A DNA stretch of 63,683 nucleotides, the filler included, from Octopus bimaculoides (Eukaryota), in NCBI RefSeq assembly GCF_001194135.2. It is 5 parts of 4 records of this genome, joined end to end, with 100 filler letters (N's around TTAATTAATTAA, not from the genome) between each part and the next. Parts side by side here need not be neighbours in the genome. Positions count along the whole stretch, not along the records: positions 18,653 to 50,067 come from NC_068988.1; positions 50,168 to 57,847 come from NW_026337279.1; positions 57,948 to 61,661 come from NC_068997.1; 2 more parts are not named here. One strand, given 5' to 3'. Shown piece after piece: positions 49,817 to 61,761 of the stretch. The position numbers and the translations under genes are program-made. The notes below the pieces were generated by a model. That model made no database searches. It saw only the letters and a list, made by a program, of their open reading frames with translations, and was not told where the DNA came from. The first letter of the stretch is position 1, and every line of letters starts with the position of its first letter.

Positions 49817-50067
49817 GCTCCTACTCTGCGAAACTTTTTATCTGTAAGTATGAGATCATGGAGAACCACACTGATGTTGAACAATGACAATGAATCTCTA
49901 AATGCTGGAGATGTAAGAATTTCATGTGGCATTTTCCAGGGTGACTCACTATCACCACTCCTCTTCTGTATAGCCCTAATACCACTCTCAAAATTGCTCA
50001 ATGATGCACAGTATGGTTATAAAATATTTGATAAAAATATAAATCATCTCATTTACATGGATGATTT
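49817..50067 (+). mobile_element. R4/Dong-like reverse transcriptase fragment, 5'-truncated after (AAT)n
   Basis: GIFQGDSLSPLLFCIALIPLSKLLN...INHLIYMDD (RT motifs 4-5); runs into a gap. Confidence 0.85.
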
Positions 50068-50689
50068 NNNNNNNNNNNNNNNNNNNNNNNNNNNNNNNNN
50101 NNNNNNNNNNNTTAATTAATTAANNNNNNNNNNNNNNNNNNNNNNNNNNNNNNNNNNNNNNNNNNNNAACAAGCATAAAGGCTGTACAGCCAGGTGTGAA
50201 GTGTGTACGTATTGAATGCTGTGAAGCACGAACAGGAGGGTCAAAGAAGTACGTGCGAGCTTGGGGAGTCCAAGAACGAAAAGAAATAAAAGAAATAGCA
50301 GCCGGACACACGTGACCAATGCTATGTAAAGAGAAAGAGTAGCAGAGGGAAAAGAAGGGGAGGAAGTAGAATAAAAGTGAGCAACGAGAGGTAGAGAGAG
50401 AGATAGTAGTAGTAACGGTGAGAGGCGAAGGACGAGTAACAAGAGATAGGGAGCGAGAGAGATAGTAGTGACAGGTAGAGGCGAAGAACAGTAGAGGGAA
50501 GAATGAGAGGGGGAGATAGATATAGAGATAGAGAGAGTCGCGTTAGAAAAATAGTTAAAACTTACTGTACAAAGGTTAATGCGTGCGTTCTGTCGTGATA
50601 CAAACAATATATGAGTATATGCATATATATAAATAAGATATATATATATATATAAGACTTATAACTCGAAGCCTTCGACGTAATAGAGG

Positions 50690-51530
50690 GGGATGTAGCT
50701 TCACACAATGTAGAGGACAACTGGACATTTCTACAGGACAACTTGGTGAGGGCCACCGACGAGATCTGTGGTTGGTGCAAGGCCCCTTCTCAACCGAAAA
50801 TAACGTGGTGGTGCAATAATGTTGTTGACAGGGCTATTAGAAAAAAGAAACAGGCTTGGAAAGACTGGAAAAATGCTGGTAGCAGGGAATTGTACCAATG
50901 TGCCAGAAGGGAGGCTAGGTGACAGGTTTATTTAGCCAGAGGGGAAGCAGATAGGAAAAAGTTTGCCAATGTTCAACGCCGTGAGGAACAAAGACTCGAG
51001 GTATTCCGTGTTGCAAGACACTGTGTGAGAGAGAATTGTGATGTCGTGGGAGAGAAATGTGTTCGCATGGATGATAGTACGCTTACACTAAATGTTTTGG
51101 AGACACCACTACGAAAGATTGCTCAATGAAGAGAATGAATGGGAGAAAGAGAGTCTGCCGAATGTCAACCCAACAGAGGGACCAGCTATCCGAGTTGACA
51201 GTACCATGGTAGATAAAGCAATTAAGAGTATGAAGACAGAGAAGGCCCCCGGCCCATCAGGAATGACTGCAGAGATGCTCAAAATATCTGGCAGTGTCGG
51301 CTATAGCCTAGTCACCCATATCGTTAACCAGGTGATACACGAAGGAGTCATACCCAATGACTGGTGTAGCAGCACCATAGTCAACTACTACAAAGGTAAA
51401 GGTGACGCTTTAGATACAAATAATTACAGAGGTATCAAGCTGTTAGATCAGGTAATGAAAGTCACGGAGAGGGTCATAGCCCAATTAATTGGGGAGTGAG
51501 TCAGTTTAGATGAGATGGCTCCTGAGCCCA
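50690..51530 (+). mobile_element. RTE-clade LINE ORF fragment (pre-RT and RT domains 0-2)
   Basis: WRHHYERLLNEE...KAPGPSGMTAEML...PNDWCSSTIV..YKGKGD....NYRGIKLL. Confidence 0.9.
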
Positions 51531-51980
51531 GCGTTGTCTTTCTAGCACTTGTGCCCGCAGCATGTGTAAGGACCTTCGAGTGAGATCGTTGCCAGTGCCC
51601 CTGGACTGGCTCTTGTGCGAGTGGCACATAAAATACACCATTTTGAGCGTGGCTGTTGCCAGTACCGCCTGACTGGCCTTCGTAGAGATCGTTGCCAGTG
51701 CCCCTGCATTGGCTCTTGTGCGGGTGGCACATAAAATACACCTTTTTGAGTGTGGCTATTTGCCAGTACTGCCTGACTGGCCTTCGTGCCAGTGGCAGGT
51801 AAAAGCACCCACTACACTCTCTGAGTGGTTAGCATTAGGAAGGGCATCCAGCTGTAGAAACTCTGCCAAATCCGATTGGAGCCTGGTGTAGCCATCTGGT
51901 TTCACCAATCCTCAGTCAAATTGCCCAGTCCATGCTAGCATGGAAAGCGGACGTGAAACGACGACGACGATGATGATGAT
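51531..51980 (+). repeat. RTE-associated 3' UTR/SINE tail with a ~103-bp tandem duplication and (GAC/GAT)n end
   Basis: GAGATCGTTGCCAGTGCCCCTG...GACTGGCCTTCGT at ~51581-51682 and ~51684-51787. Confidence 0.75.
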
Positions 51981-52599
51981 GATATATATGTATATATATA
52001 TATGTAACTTTCCTACATTGGACACTAAACTCCACTTGTGAAGACTTGTTGAGGCAAGTGAAATCGAACTAAATTCAACGACTGGCACCTGTGCCAACGT
52101 CGTCTCCTTCATTGGATACGAAACTCAGCTTGCGAAGACTTATTGGGGAAAGCGAAATCGGGATAGCACCTNNNNNNNNNNNNNNNNNNNNNNNNNNNNN
52201 NNNNNNNNNNNNNNNNNNNNNNNNNNNNNNNNNNNNNNNNNNNNNNNNNNNNNNNNNNNNNNNNNNNNNNNNNNNNNNNNNNNNNNNNNNNNNNNNNNNN
52301 NNNNNNNNNNNNNNNNNNNNNNNNNNNNNNNNNNNNNNNNNNNNNNNNNNNNNNNNNNNNNNNNNNNNNNNNNNNNNNNNNNNNNNNNNNNNNNNNNNNN
52401 NNNNNNNNNNNNNNNNNNNNNNNNNNNNNNNNNNNNNNNNNNNNNNNNNNNNNNNNNNNNNNNNNNNNNNNNNNNNNNNNNNNNNNNNNNNNNNNNNNNN
52501 NNNNNNNNNNNNNNNNNNNNNNNNNNNNNNNNNNNNNNNNNNNNNNNNNNNNNNNNNNNNNNNNNNNNNNNNNNNNNNNNNNNNNNNNNNNNNNNNNNN

Positions 52600-52645
<46 letters not shown>

Positions 52646-52929
52646 CATCCCTATTTTATTTATATATATTATATATATATATATTTCTCGATTGACGTGA
52701 TGTTGTATCGACTCTGAAGGTAATCAGTTTTTTGACCTTGTATTGCACACATTTTGTTTCAATTTTTGCATACAAGGTGTGTAAAGCACCTAGCTTTCGT
52801 ATGAGTAGTTTTTCAAGGGAGGAATTGACCCCTAGGAGTAGTTTCAAACCTATTTACATTTCTATTTTCTTCGGTTTACTAGCCATATTTCTTAACAAAT
52901 ATGGCTAGCCATATTTCTTAACAATTATG

Positions 52930-55900
52930 GCTAAGTGAAACCATGATGCCAACTTCCCGCCTCTACCGATGCCAGAGGCTAAGGAAGCTGAAAGCAGAGC
53001 CATTTTGCATGAACGCACACAGGTCTTAGAAGGCACGAATGCTTCTGATACTATAACCAGTGCCTCCACCATTGCTACTATCACCACCACAACCAACACG
53101 AATACCAATAACAATTTTGCCGCGGCTTTGGAGCGAAAGAAAAGATAATGCATTTTTCAAAGGAAGAACTACTTGCTTGCAAAGAAATGTTTACAAAAAA
53201 TGAAGTCACCATTCAATTACAGACACCTGAAAACATCACAAAAAATATCTCAAAAAAACAATCCTTTACAAAACACTCAATGTGAAAACAAAAGTACATG
53301 AAACCGCCACTCAAGAAAACATGGAAAAATGTTTAAGGCCCATATGAACCTTTAAAGACTACATAATGAGAGGAATCAGGTTTGTGACGATCGAAGTAAG
53401 ATTCGACAGCAAAGAGTGAGCCAAGGACCCCTCCACAAGGTCTTTCAACATGAAAATATACTCATGATCCCTACATACCTTGGTCGTAGGGTCACAAAAA
53501 TAAAAATAAAAATGTGCCCCCTGAAATTGAAATAAAATGCCTTGTGTCTGCCATTTGCTATGACATCGAGGACAAAATCCATATATTGGAAATTTCTGTC
53601 CTGGAACAGCAAAACTGGATTGGCCAGGAAGTTGAAATCCTTGCCCAAATCGATCCAGCGAACTTTGAAAAAATTCTCCACCAAATCCAATTGACAGAGG
53701 TTTCAAGCTTGCATGTAGCCGTCGAAGGCAGAAAGCCATGTTGCTACGTTTGTGGTAGCAAAACACACTTAAAAACTAACTGCCCACTAGCACAGAAACA
53801 ACAGCAACAACAATGACAACAACAAGACCACGAAAAACAACAACAACCGGAAGAAAACCAAAAACCGAGCAAGAAACCAGCACTACTACCAACACTGCCG
53901 TATGCACAACTAATTAAACAGCTCTACAAACAAATGAACGAACATCAGCAGCCAACAAGCCAGCCAAACCAAACAACACTACCATCAGCGCCACTAAGAA
54001 CAGAACCAACAACATCATCACCACCACCAACAACTCTAAAGGAATAGAGGAAACCAAAAAGACTCATACCCCACTCCCCAAAACCCAAACACCACATCCC
54101 AACCGTCACCAAACAGCACCAATACCACCAACAAAATCAACACACTCAGAAATAGACCCCAATATCCTTCCCCTCCCACCCTCTGATTCCTCCTACATGT
54201 CATCAGATGAACATGACACTGAGAATTGCCAAGTGGCCACAGGGAGAAAGAGAAAAAGGGGCAAAAAAAGAATAGAGAAGCAGACAAACAAAGCGGGAAG
54301 GTTTACAACTCCCAAAACCAAAACACCCACAGAGAACAAAAGCATCAACACAAACACACTAACACCAAACCCCCAACAACGTTGAAAGCTATAAACACAT
54401 TAGGTCAAACACCAACATAACAGAAAATGATACCAAAACAAAGAGTCACCCACGCACAACACCACCACAACACATTAAAATCATATACGGAACACAGAAC
54501 ACACACAGGGCACTGAAATCTCTCTTACCCGGATGCAGTAGGGAGATTTCAAAAATACTTCTGGGAGAAGACTGTGAGGTGAAGGACAAACAACTTTCGG
54601 ACAGTAAGTAACTCTCTCTCACTCTTTCTCTTTCATCTCCCTTTCGTGTGTAAAACACAACTTTCAATAGGAACATGCTCAAAATAGGAAGTATAAATGT
54701 ATGTGGCTTGGGGTTGCCTTGGAAACAAGGTTACCTGTTAAACAACATCAAGTCACAAAATCTGCATATCATAGCCATTAGTGAGACCAGACTCCACCAC
54801 CTGCGGGCCCTCCAACACATGTTCGGTGGACATTTCAACATTTATTTTTCTCTGTGTCTGCCGAGAATGAACGAAGGAGGCACCGTTGTGCTTCTTCGGA
54901 AAAGTCTGTACCTCAAACTAAGAGCAGTTTTCCTAGACCTGGAGGGTAGGCTGGTCGTCTTGGATGTCAATGGCAGCAATGGGTGTGCTTTCCAACTGAT
55001 AAAAGTTTATGCACTGTCCTTAACAGGCCGGCCAGATTTCTTTCGACATCTAGAGGTTTTCCTGGGAACATCTCGACCTTTACTTTTAGTGGGGGGGTTG
55101 GAACACTACCCTGGACATGCATCTAGACTATGTGGGCAGAGATGGTAATAGGAGGGGATGTAAATGCCTCAAAGACCTGCTCAGATGTTTCCAACTGTCT
55201 GACAGGTACCGACTGGACCACCAGAATGTGCCAATGTGGACATGGAGCAACTGCATCAGGTTATCCAGATCATATTTAGATTATTCAGTTGGATAGTGGA
55301 TAAGGATAGTGTAGGATGTCCACAATTCCATATAGTCAGCTACACAGACCACAAATTTGTGACACTTGACTTAGATAAGACACATAGGCAGGGTCCCGGT
55401 TACTGGAAGCTGAACGTGTCATTCATGGCATGCCAGGCTTACAATGACTGGATTAGCACATTAGTTAAGAAGGCATTGATGGGTGCTATCATCAACAACA
55501 GATGGTGGTATGCCCTAAAGAAAGCAATTAAAGCAGAATCAGTTATATACAGTAAGACCCTAGCATTAGACCGAAATAGAATAGAGGGAGACCTAGTTAA
55601 GAAATTAGAAGTGGCACTTAGAACTGGCATCACGTCCAACGTACTGTCGGCGAGGTTGGCCCTCAACCAACACTTCAACGCCAAACATGAAGGATGCGTT
55701 CTCTGAGGAACAAAGGAGTTAGAGCTGCCCGAGTGGCAGAGGCACAACATGGCAACAGAGCCACCAATAGGTCCTTGACAGATGAACAGGGACACGAATT
55801 TCTTGAGTCTGAAAGGATGTATGAGGCCTTTCAACAACACTTTGCCCGACTGTTCAGGACAACTGGTGGGTCAGAACGCAGAGTGGACTTTAGTGCCTAC

Positions 55901-57847
55901 CTGCATGGCCTGCCACGACTCTCAGCAAGAGAGGTGGAGTGTTGTAAAAGACCCATCACAGCCGTGGACGTACAGGATACGATGGCAGGCTACGCGAGAA
56001 ACAAGTCCTGCCCTACAAACTTTATTGTCATATGCCAGACTTGTTTGGAGGCATCTTGGCAGCTGTCTGCAACTGGCAGCAAAATGGGAGTATCCCTGTC
56101 TGTGTAAAGTGAGGAGCGGTGGCACTGCCAAAGAAAGATCCAAACAAGGGGAATGTCATAGATAACTTCAGGCCCATCACTCTGCTCAACGCAGATTTGA
56201 AAATTTTGGTCTAGGTGTTAACTGAGAGGTTGGTGCTTGTCATTGAGAAACTACTTGACAAGACACAAAAGTACACCTTACCGGGTAGGAGTATCCATGA
56301 CAATTTCCATCTGATGCGCTACATCATAGACAGGGTAGTTAAGGAACCTGGCATGGGTGGGGTGCTGATCAATTTGGATCAATCAAAAGCTTTCGGTAGG
56401 GTAGACCATCACTACTTGGAGGCTGTCCTTAGAGCAGCTGGTTTCGGTCCCATCTTTCACGGTTGGATCACTGCCTTATACAGTGGCATCCGCTCGGTAG
56501 TTCACATAAATGATTATCTATCCAAACCATTTAACATCATGTGTTTGGTTTGTGAAGGATGCCCCCTCTTGTTGCTTCTGTATGTATTGACTCTTGAGCC
56601 ACTGCTGCGGAAGCTGGCAACACTGAGGGGCATCCCATGAGAGTTGGGATGTGGGAGGAGTGTGTCTGCATACGCGGACGACGTCACCGTCATAGTGTCG
56701 ATCCACAAGCACATTGACCTGGTCGGCGAGACACTAAAAGAATACAAAGGGGTAACGGGAGCAAAAATTGACCAGGAAAAGTCAGTGGGCTTGCAGCTCA
56801 GCACCTGGAGAAGCAAGCCTCTGCTGTCCAACAGCGTCTCCATCGTGAGATGCTGGACCGACGGACTGGTTAAATTGCTCAGAGTCTGGTTCAGTCTGGA
56901 CCGCCAAATGGAGAAGAACTGGGGCAAAATAACGACTAGGATGGCCACTCTCACCCAGCAATGGGCTGAGAGGAAGCTATCCCTAAAAGGTCGGGTGGAG
57001 GTGGCGAGCGCATACATCACATCTGTCGTTGATTACTGTCTGACCGTCATGCCTTGTCCCAACTATACCATCACCAAACTGGAACGCACACTGTTCCGCT
57101 TCTTGTGGAAGGGAAGTGTTCCAATGGTTAGGTGATCCATTTGCTGTCAACACCCACTAAATGGAGGGCTAGGTATGCTGTGGTTGATGATGTGCTGAGA
57201 CTGCGACATCTCTGGCACTTCATAGACGACGGTGAACAGGTGTGGTCGCTGTTTGTATGGCGTGCTTTCACGCAGCTTGTCTCCTTGGCTGAACTGCAGT
57301 CGTGGAGACCAAGTCTAGGTGAATGGCACCGTGAGTGTCACATTGCTCTCAAGCAACTCTGCCGGCCGGGACCAAACTTGTGCGACTTCATCACAACAAA
57401 AGCGTTCTGTAGAGGATTAATGGAGGAGAGGTGCGATGACGTTCTCGGGCAGAATCTGGGCGTCCACAAGGAACACTGATCCATCTGTTCAGGACAAATT
57501 TCGGGCGGGGACCTATGGACAATCACCAAGGATCCATGGCCCAGCAGTGCTATTGAGAAGCATTACCCGTTCGGGATAAGCTCTACAGGCACAGTTCGAG
57601 ACGCACTGTACCGACTTGCCTGGGATGCAGTCAGAGCGATGAAACCATTCTGCATGCACTCGTGCAGTGTCCAACCATTTCGGACCTGTGGGCTTATGCC
57701 GAACAACTGCAGTCATGTTTTGGACGAGTTCACCTGTCGGCCGAGTCTGTCGTGACGATTGCTCTGCTACCTTCCCTCAACCGGGAAGGCAAGGCATTCT
57801 TCATCGTACTGGTGGCCATGGTGAAAGAATGTGTGTGGTGGACTCGA
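52930..57847 (+). mobile_element. Near full-length, inactivated Tx1/L1-group LINE (ORF1 with zinc knuckle; ORF2 APE-RT-zf)
   Basis: ORF1 CYVCGSKTHLKTNC (CX2CX4HX4C). ORF2 from 54675: MLKIGSINVCGL..AISETRL, TDHKFV, GYWKLN; RT FRPITLLNAD.KIL, LDQSKAFGRVDH, YADDVTV; C-terminal CLGC..SDETILHALVQC. Many frameshifts and stops; ends at a gap. Confidence 0.95.
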
Positions 57848-58070
57848 NNNNNNNNNNNNNNNNNNNNNNNNNNNNNNNNNNNNNNNNNNNNTTAATTAAT
57901 TAANNNNNNNNNNNNNNNNNNNNNNNNNNNNNNNNNNNNNNNNNNNNTGTGTGTATGAATGTATGTATGTATGTATATATATATGTATGTATGTATACAC
58001 ACAAATATATATACATAGTTTATATAGATAGAAAGATTATTATAATATATATATATATATGTATATATTC

Positions 58071-58255
58071 TTTTATTCTTTTATTTTTTCAACTTTTGAC
58101 TGTGGCCATGTAGGAGCACCGCTTTTAGTCGAACAAATCCACTCCAGGACTTATACTTTGTAAGCCTTGTATTAATTCTATCAGACTGTTGTGCCGAACC
58201 CACGTAAACACACCGACATCGATTGTCAAGTGGTGGTGGGGGACAACTCAAACAC
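58071..58255 (-). mobile_element. SINE family B 3' half
   Basis: GTGTTTACGTGGGTTCGGCAC...GGTGCTCCTACATGGCCACAGTCAAAAG...(AAAGAAT) tail. Confidence 0.75.
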
Positions 58256-59560
58256 ATAATCTCACACACATACATACATATACATATATATATACATACA
58301 TATATANNNNNNNNNNATATATATATACATCCACGTATATTCATATATACATGCACATGCATGCTTACAAATTTACTTACATATATATTTATATACATAC
58401 ATCGCTTAAAATCAATCACACTTATATATTATCGATACATACATATTATTGCATTATTGATAAAAGAACGAAACGATTGGCTAACTTAAATCCCATCTAA
58501 CTGTCTACTTTTGCAATAGTTTCTTGCTTTGCTTTTAAAGACTGGTTCATTCAGTTTAACTATTATGCCTATCTTTTGCAATATGTTATTTATACAGTCA
58601 ATGTCTTCTATAGTATATCAATACAAACATTGATGATCGCTTTACTTGGCCCATCGCATCTCTACTGCGTCGAACATTCATTTGCCGACAGCTATGCAAA
58701 GAATGGCGTAAACTCACTTCTAATTCTGTCTATCAATCGATTAAAGTACGACGAATAATAGCGCTCTGTGTATGTGTGTGTGTGTTTATATGTATATATA
58801 TATATATATATATNNNNNNNNNNNNNNNNNNNNNNNNNNNNNNNNNNNNNNNNNNNNNNNNNNNNNNNNNNNNNNNNNNNNNNNNNNNNNNNNNNNNNNN
58901 NNNNNNNNNNNNNNNNNNNNNNNNNNNNNNNNNNNNNNNNNNNNNNNNNNNNNNNNNNNNNNNNNNNNNNNNNNNNNNNNNNNNNNNNNNNNNNNNNNNN
59001 NNNNNNNNNNNNNNNNNNNNNNNNNNNNNNNNNNNNNNNNNNNNNNNNNNNNNNNNNNNNNNNNNNNNNNNNNNNNNNNNNNNNNNNNNNNNNNNNNNNN
59101 NNNNNNNNNNNNNNNNNNNNNNNNNNNNNNNNNNNNNNNNNNNNNNNNNNNNNNNNNNNNNNNNNNNNNNNNNNNNNNNNNNNNNNNNNNNNNNNNNNNN
59201 NNNNNNNNNNNNNNNNNNNNNNNNNNNNNNNNNNNNNNNNNNNNNNNNNNNNNNNNNNNNNNNNNNNNNNNNNNNNNNNNNNNNNNNNNNNNNNNNNNNN
59301 NNNNNNNNNNNNNNNNNNNNNNNNNNNNNNNNNNNNNNNNNNNNNNNNNNNNNNNNNNNNNNNNNNNNNNNNNNNNNNNNNNNNNNNNNNNNNNNNNNNN
59401 NNNNNNNNNNNNNNNNNNNNNNNNNNNNNNNNNNNNNNNNNNNNNNNNNNNNNNNNNNNNNNNNNNNNNNNNNNNNNNNNNNNNNNNNNNNNNNNNNNNN
59501 NNNNNNNNNNNNNNNNNNNNNNNNNNNNNNNNNNNNNNNNNNNNNNNNNNNNNNNNNNNN

Positions 59561-59630
<70 letters not shown>

Positions 59631-59905
59631 CATATATATCAACAGAGGAGTCCGGTGTAATCCATGGGCATGAGAGATGCAGCCGAAGTGTACGAGAGTA
59701 GAAAGTCCAAGTAGAAGAATCCGTAAAAGTTTGTTGGGTGATGAGAGGAGACAGGATCAACTGGTGCAACCACGTTAGCGTGTAATATATGGGGAGAATT
59801 CACAAAAAAAAAAAAAAAACGAAGACCGGTGGCGTAGACAACAAACAGATAGATCGTTAGCCACTACACATTCTTTATTTTCTCTCTTTGTTTCTTTCGG
59901 TGTTC

Positions 59906-59941
59906 CTTTCTGTGGAAGAGCGCAGGCTCGAAACGTTAAAG
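59906..59941 (+). ncRNA. Minimal type I hammerhead motif, variant core CUGUGGA (same family as 766-802)
   Basis: CTTT-CTGTGGA-A-GAGC gcag GCTC-GAAAC-GTT-AAAG. Confidence 0.55.
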
Positions 59942-60502
59942 TGAGTGCTATTTTATTTGTATGATGTAGAAAATATCCCAACGGCATTGCTCAAATGATG
60001 TTGGCGTCATCTTTAAAATTCACACAAGGCTTGGTAGTCTGCTCTTCCAATTTCTTGTATGAAAGAGAAACACGGACCAGATGCAAACCGCGTATAAACA
60101 CCCTGAAATCTTTTAATATCCTATGACCAAAAAGATCCTTTAAATCACCTAGAGATTTAGGACATAACATATACAGGGAACTCTTTCTCAAATCAACAAC
60201 ATCAGTATTCGATCAACGCTATACTAACCTCTATTAAGAGTGCGCATGTCTATTTCCTGCCTGGTTCATGTGACCTTCTGCACGTAGCTACACCATGTTC
60301 AATGCCTATTTTAAGGACCAAGGAAATTATTCAAACACCAGTTGAAGATCAATTTAAGATGAAGCAACGTTGCCTTTTCAAGTCGTTAACTGAACAATTA
60401 TTGAAGACACGGATGGGAAAAAACGCATTCGGCTCTTTAAGGAGAAGGGACAAAAGTGGCTAGTACTTAAAGTAATAAATAACCGTTAAAACTAAACATT
60501 AA

Positions 60503-60724
60503 CCCATTAAGTCCAAGAGGACTTAAATTTCTGAATATTATTTTAAAATTTTTACAGATGATTGAAAATAGGTTAAAATGAAAAAAATAATTATTAAAAC
60601 TCCTTTCCTCTAAGTAGAAATGGAAATACTCGGTGTCCTATAAATAGGACACTGAGACAATGGTATAGCTTATTTAAGGTTTTTTATTTAGTGTCCTATT
60701 TATAGGACAGTGGGACTTAATGGG
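60503..60724. mobile_element. 222-bp piggyBac-type MITE
   Basis: TTAA|CCCATTAAGTCC ... GGACTTAATGGG|TTAA: perfect 12-bp TIRs starting CCC and an intact TTAA TSD; internal palindromes at 60633-60652 and 60691-60709. Confidence 0.88.
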
Positions 60725-61761
60725 TTAAGAGTCTTGTCTGCAACCGAAACTGTCCATCATAGATTGGAATATATCGTTATTAAAGAAGCCTCTAATGAAG
60801 AAAAATATAGATATCATTAGATTTGAGAGACAATCAGAATCAAAGAAGATCAATCAGAGTTGACCTGAAACAGAAAGAACATCAATAAAAAGCAGTTGAC
60901 AGTGATTTATAATATACCCAGCATGAGATATTTCCACCCACATTGCAAAATAACTCTCATAACAATCGTATTGCACATTACGTTATGATATGACGCCTAT
61001 TTCATAGAGCACAGAAGCTCATGACTACGTACTTCTGTACGCATGCATATTATGTATCAATGCTTGTACGTATTTATATATGTGCATACATATTGTGTGT
61101 AGATGATTGTGTCTGAAGTGTCTGAATGTGTGTGTGTGTGGCCTTGTGTGTGGTTGTGTGTGTGTCCCTGTGCGTGTGTGTGTGCGTGTGTTTGTCGGTG
61201 GTAGTACATAAGTATGTTTGTGTTAATAATGTATGGGTTTGAATGTATATGCACGAATGCATTAGCTGTATATCTTCGACTACATCAACGAAACCATGCA
61301 AAAATGCAGACCACTGCGAAAGCATAGCATATTGTGTGTGTGTGTGCATTTGTGTGCGTGTATGCGTGTATGTGGTATGTATACATACATATGTGTGTGT
61401 GTGTGTGTGTGTGTGTACCTGTATGTGTGTACCTGTGTGTGTGTGTGTATAGATGTATACATACATACATACATACATACACACAGACACATGCATAATA
61501 TAGTTAGATTTTCGCAACGGTCTGCATTCTAAATGGTTTCGTTTGTTTATTCGTTTGTTTATCAGTCATAATGCATACATACGTATATGCATACATACAT
61601 GCATAAATACATACATACATACATACATACATACATACATACATGCATGCATGCACCAACANNNNNNNNNNNNNNNNNNNNNNNNNNNNNNNNNNNNNNN
61701 NNNNNTTAATTAATTAANNNNNNNNNNNNNNNNNNNNNNNNNNNNNNNNNNNNNNNNNNNN

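Noticed and set aside
58692-59769. Long ORFs of 150-470 aa spanning N runs (also at 8493, 16078, 27307, 42462, 52091 and 62119)
   Set aside because: Their length comes from X codons in assembly gaps.
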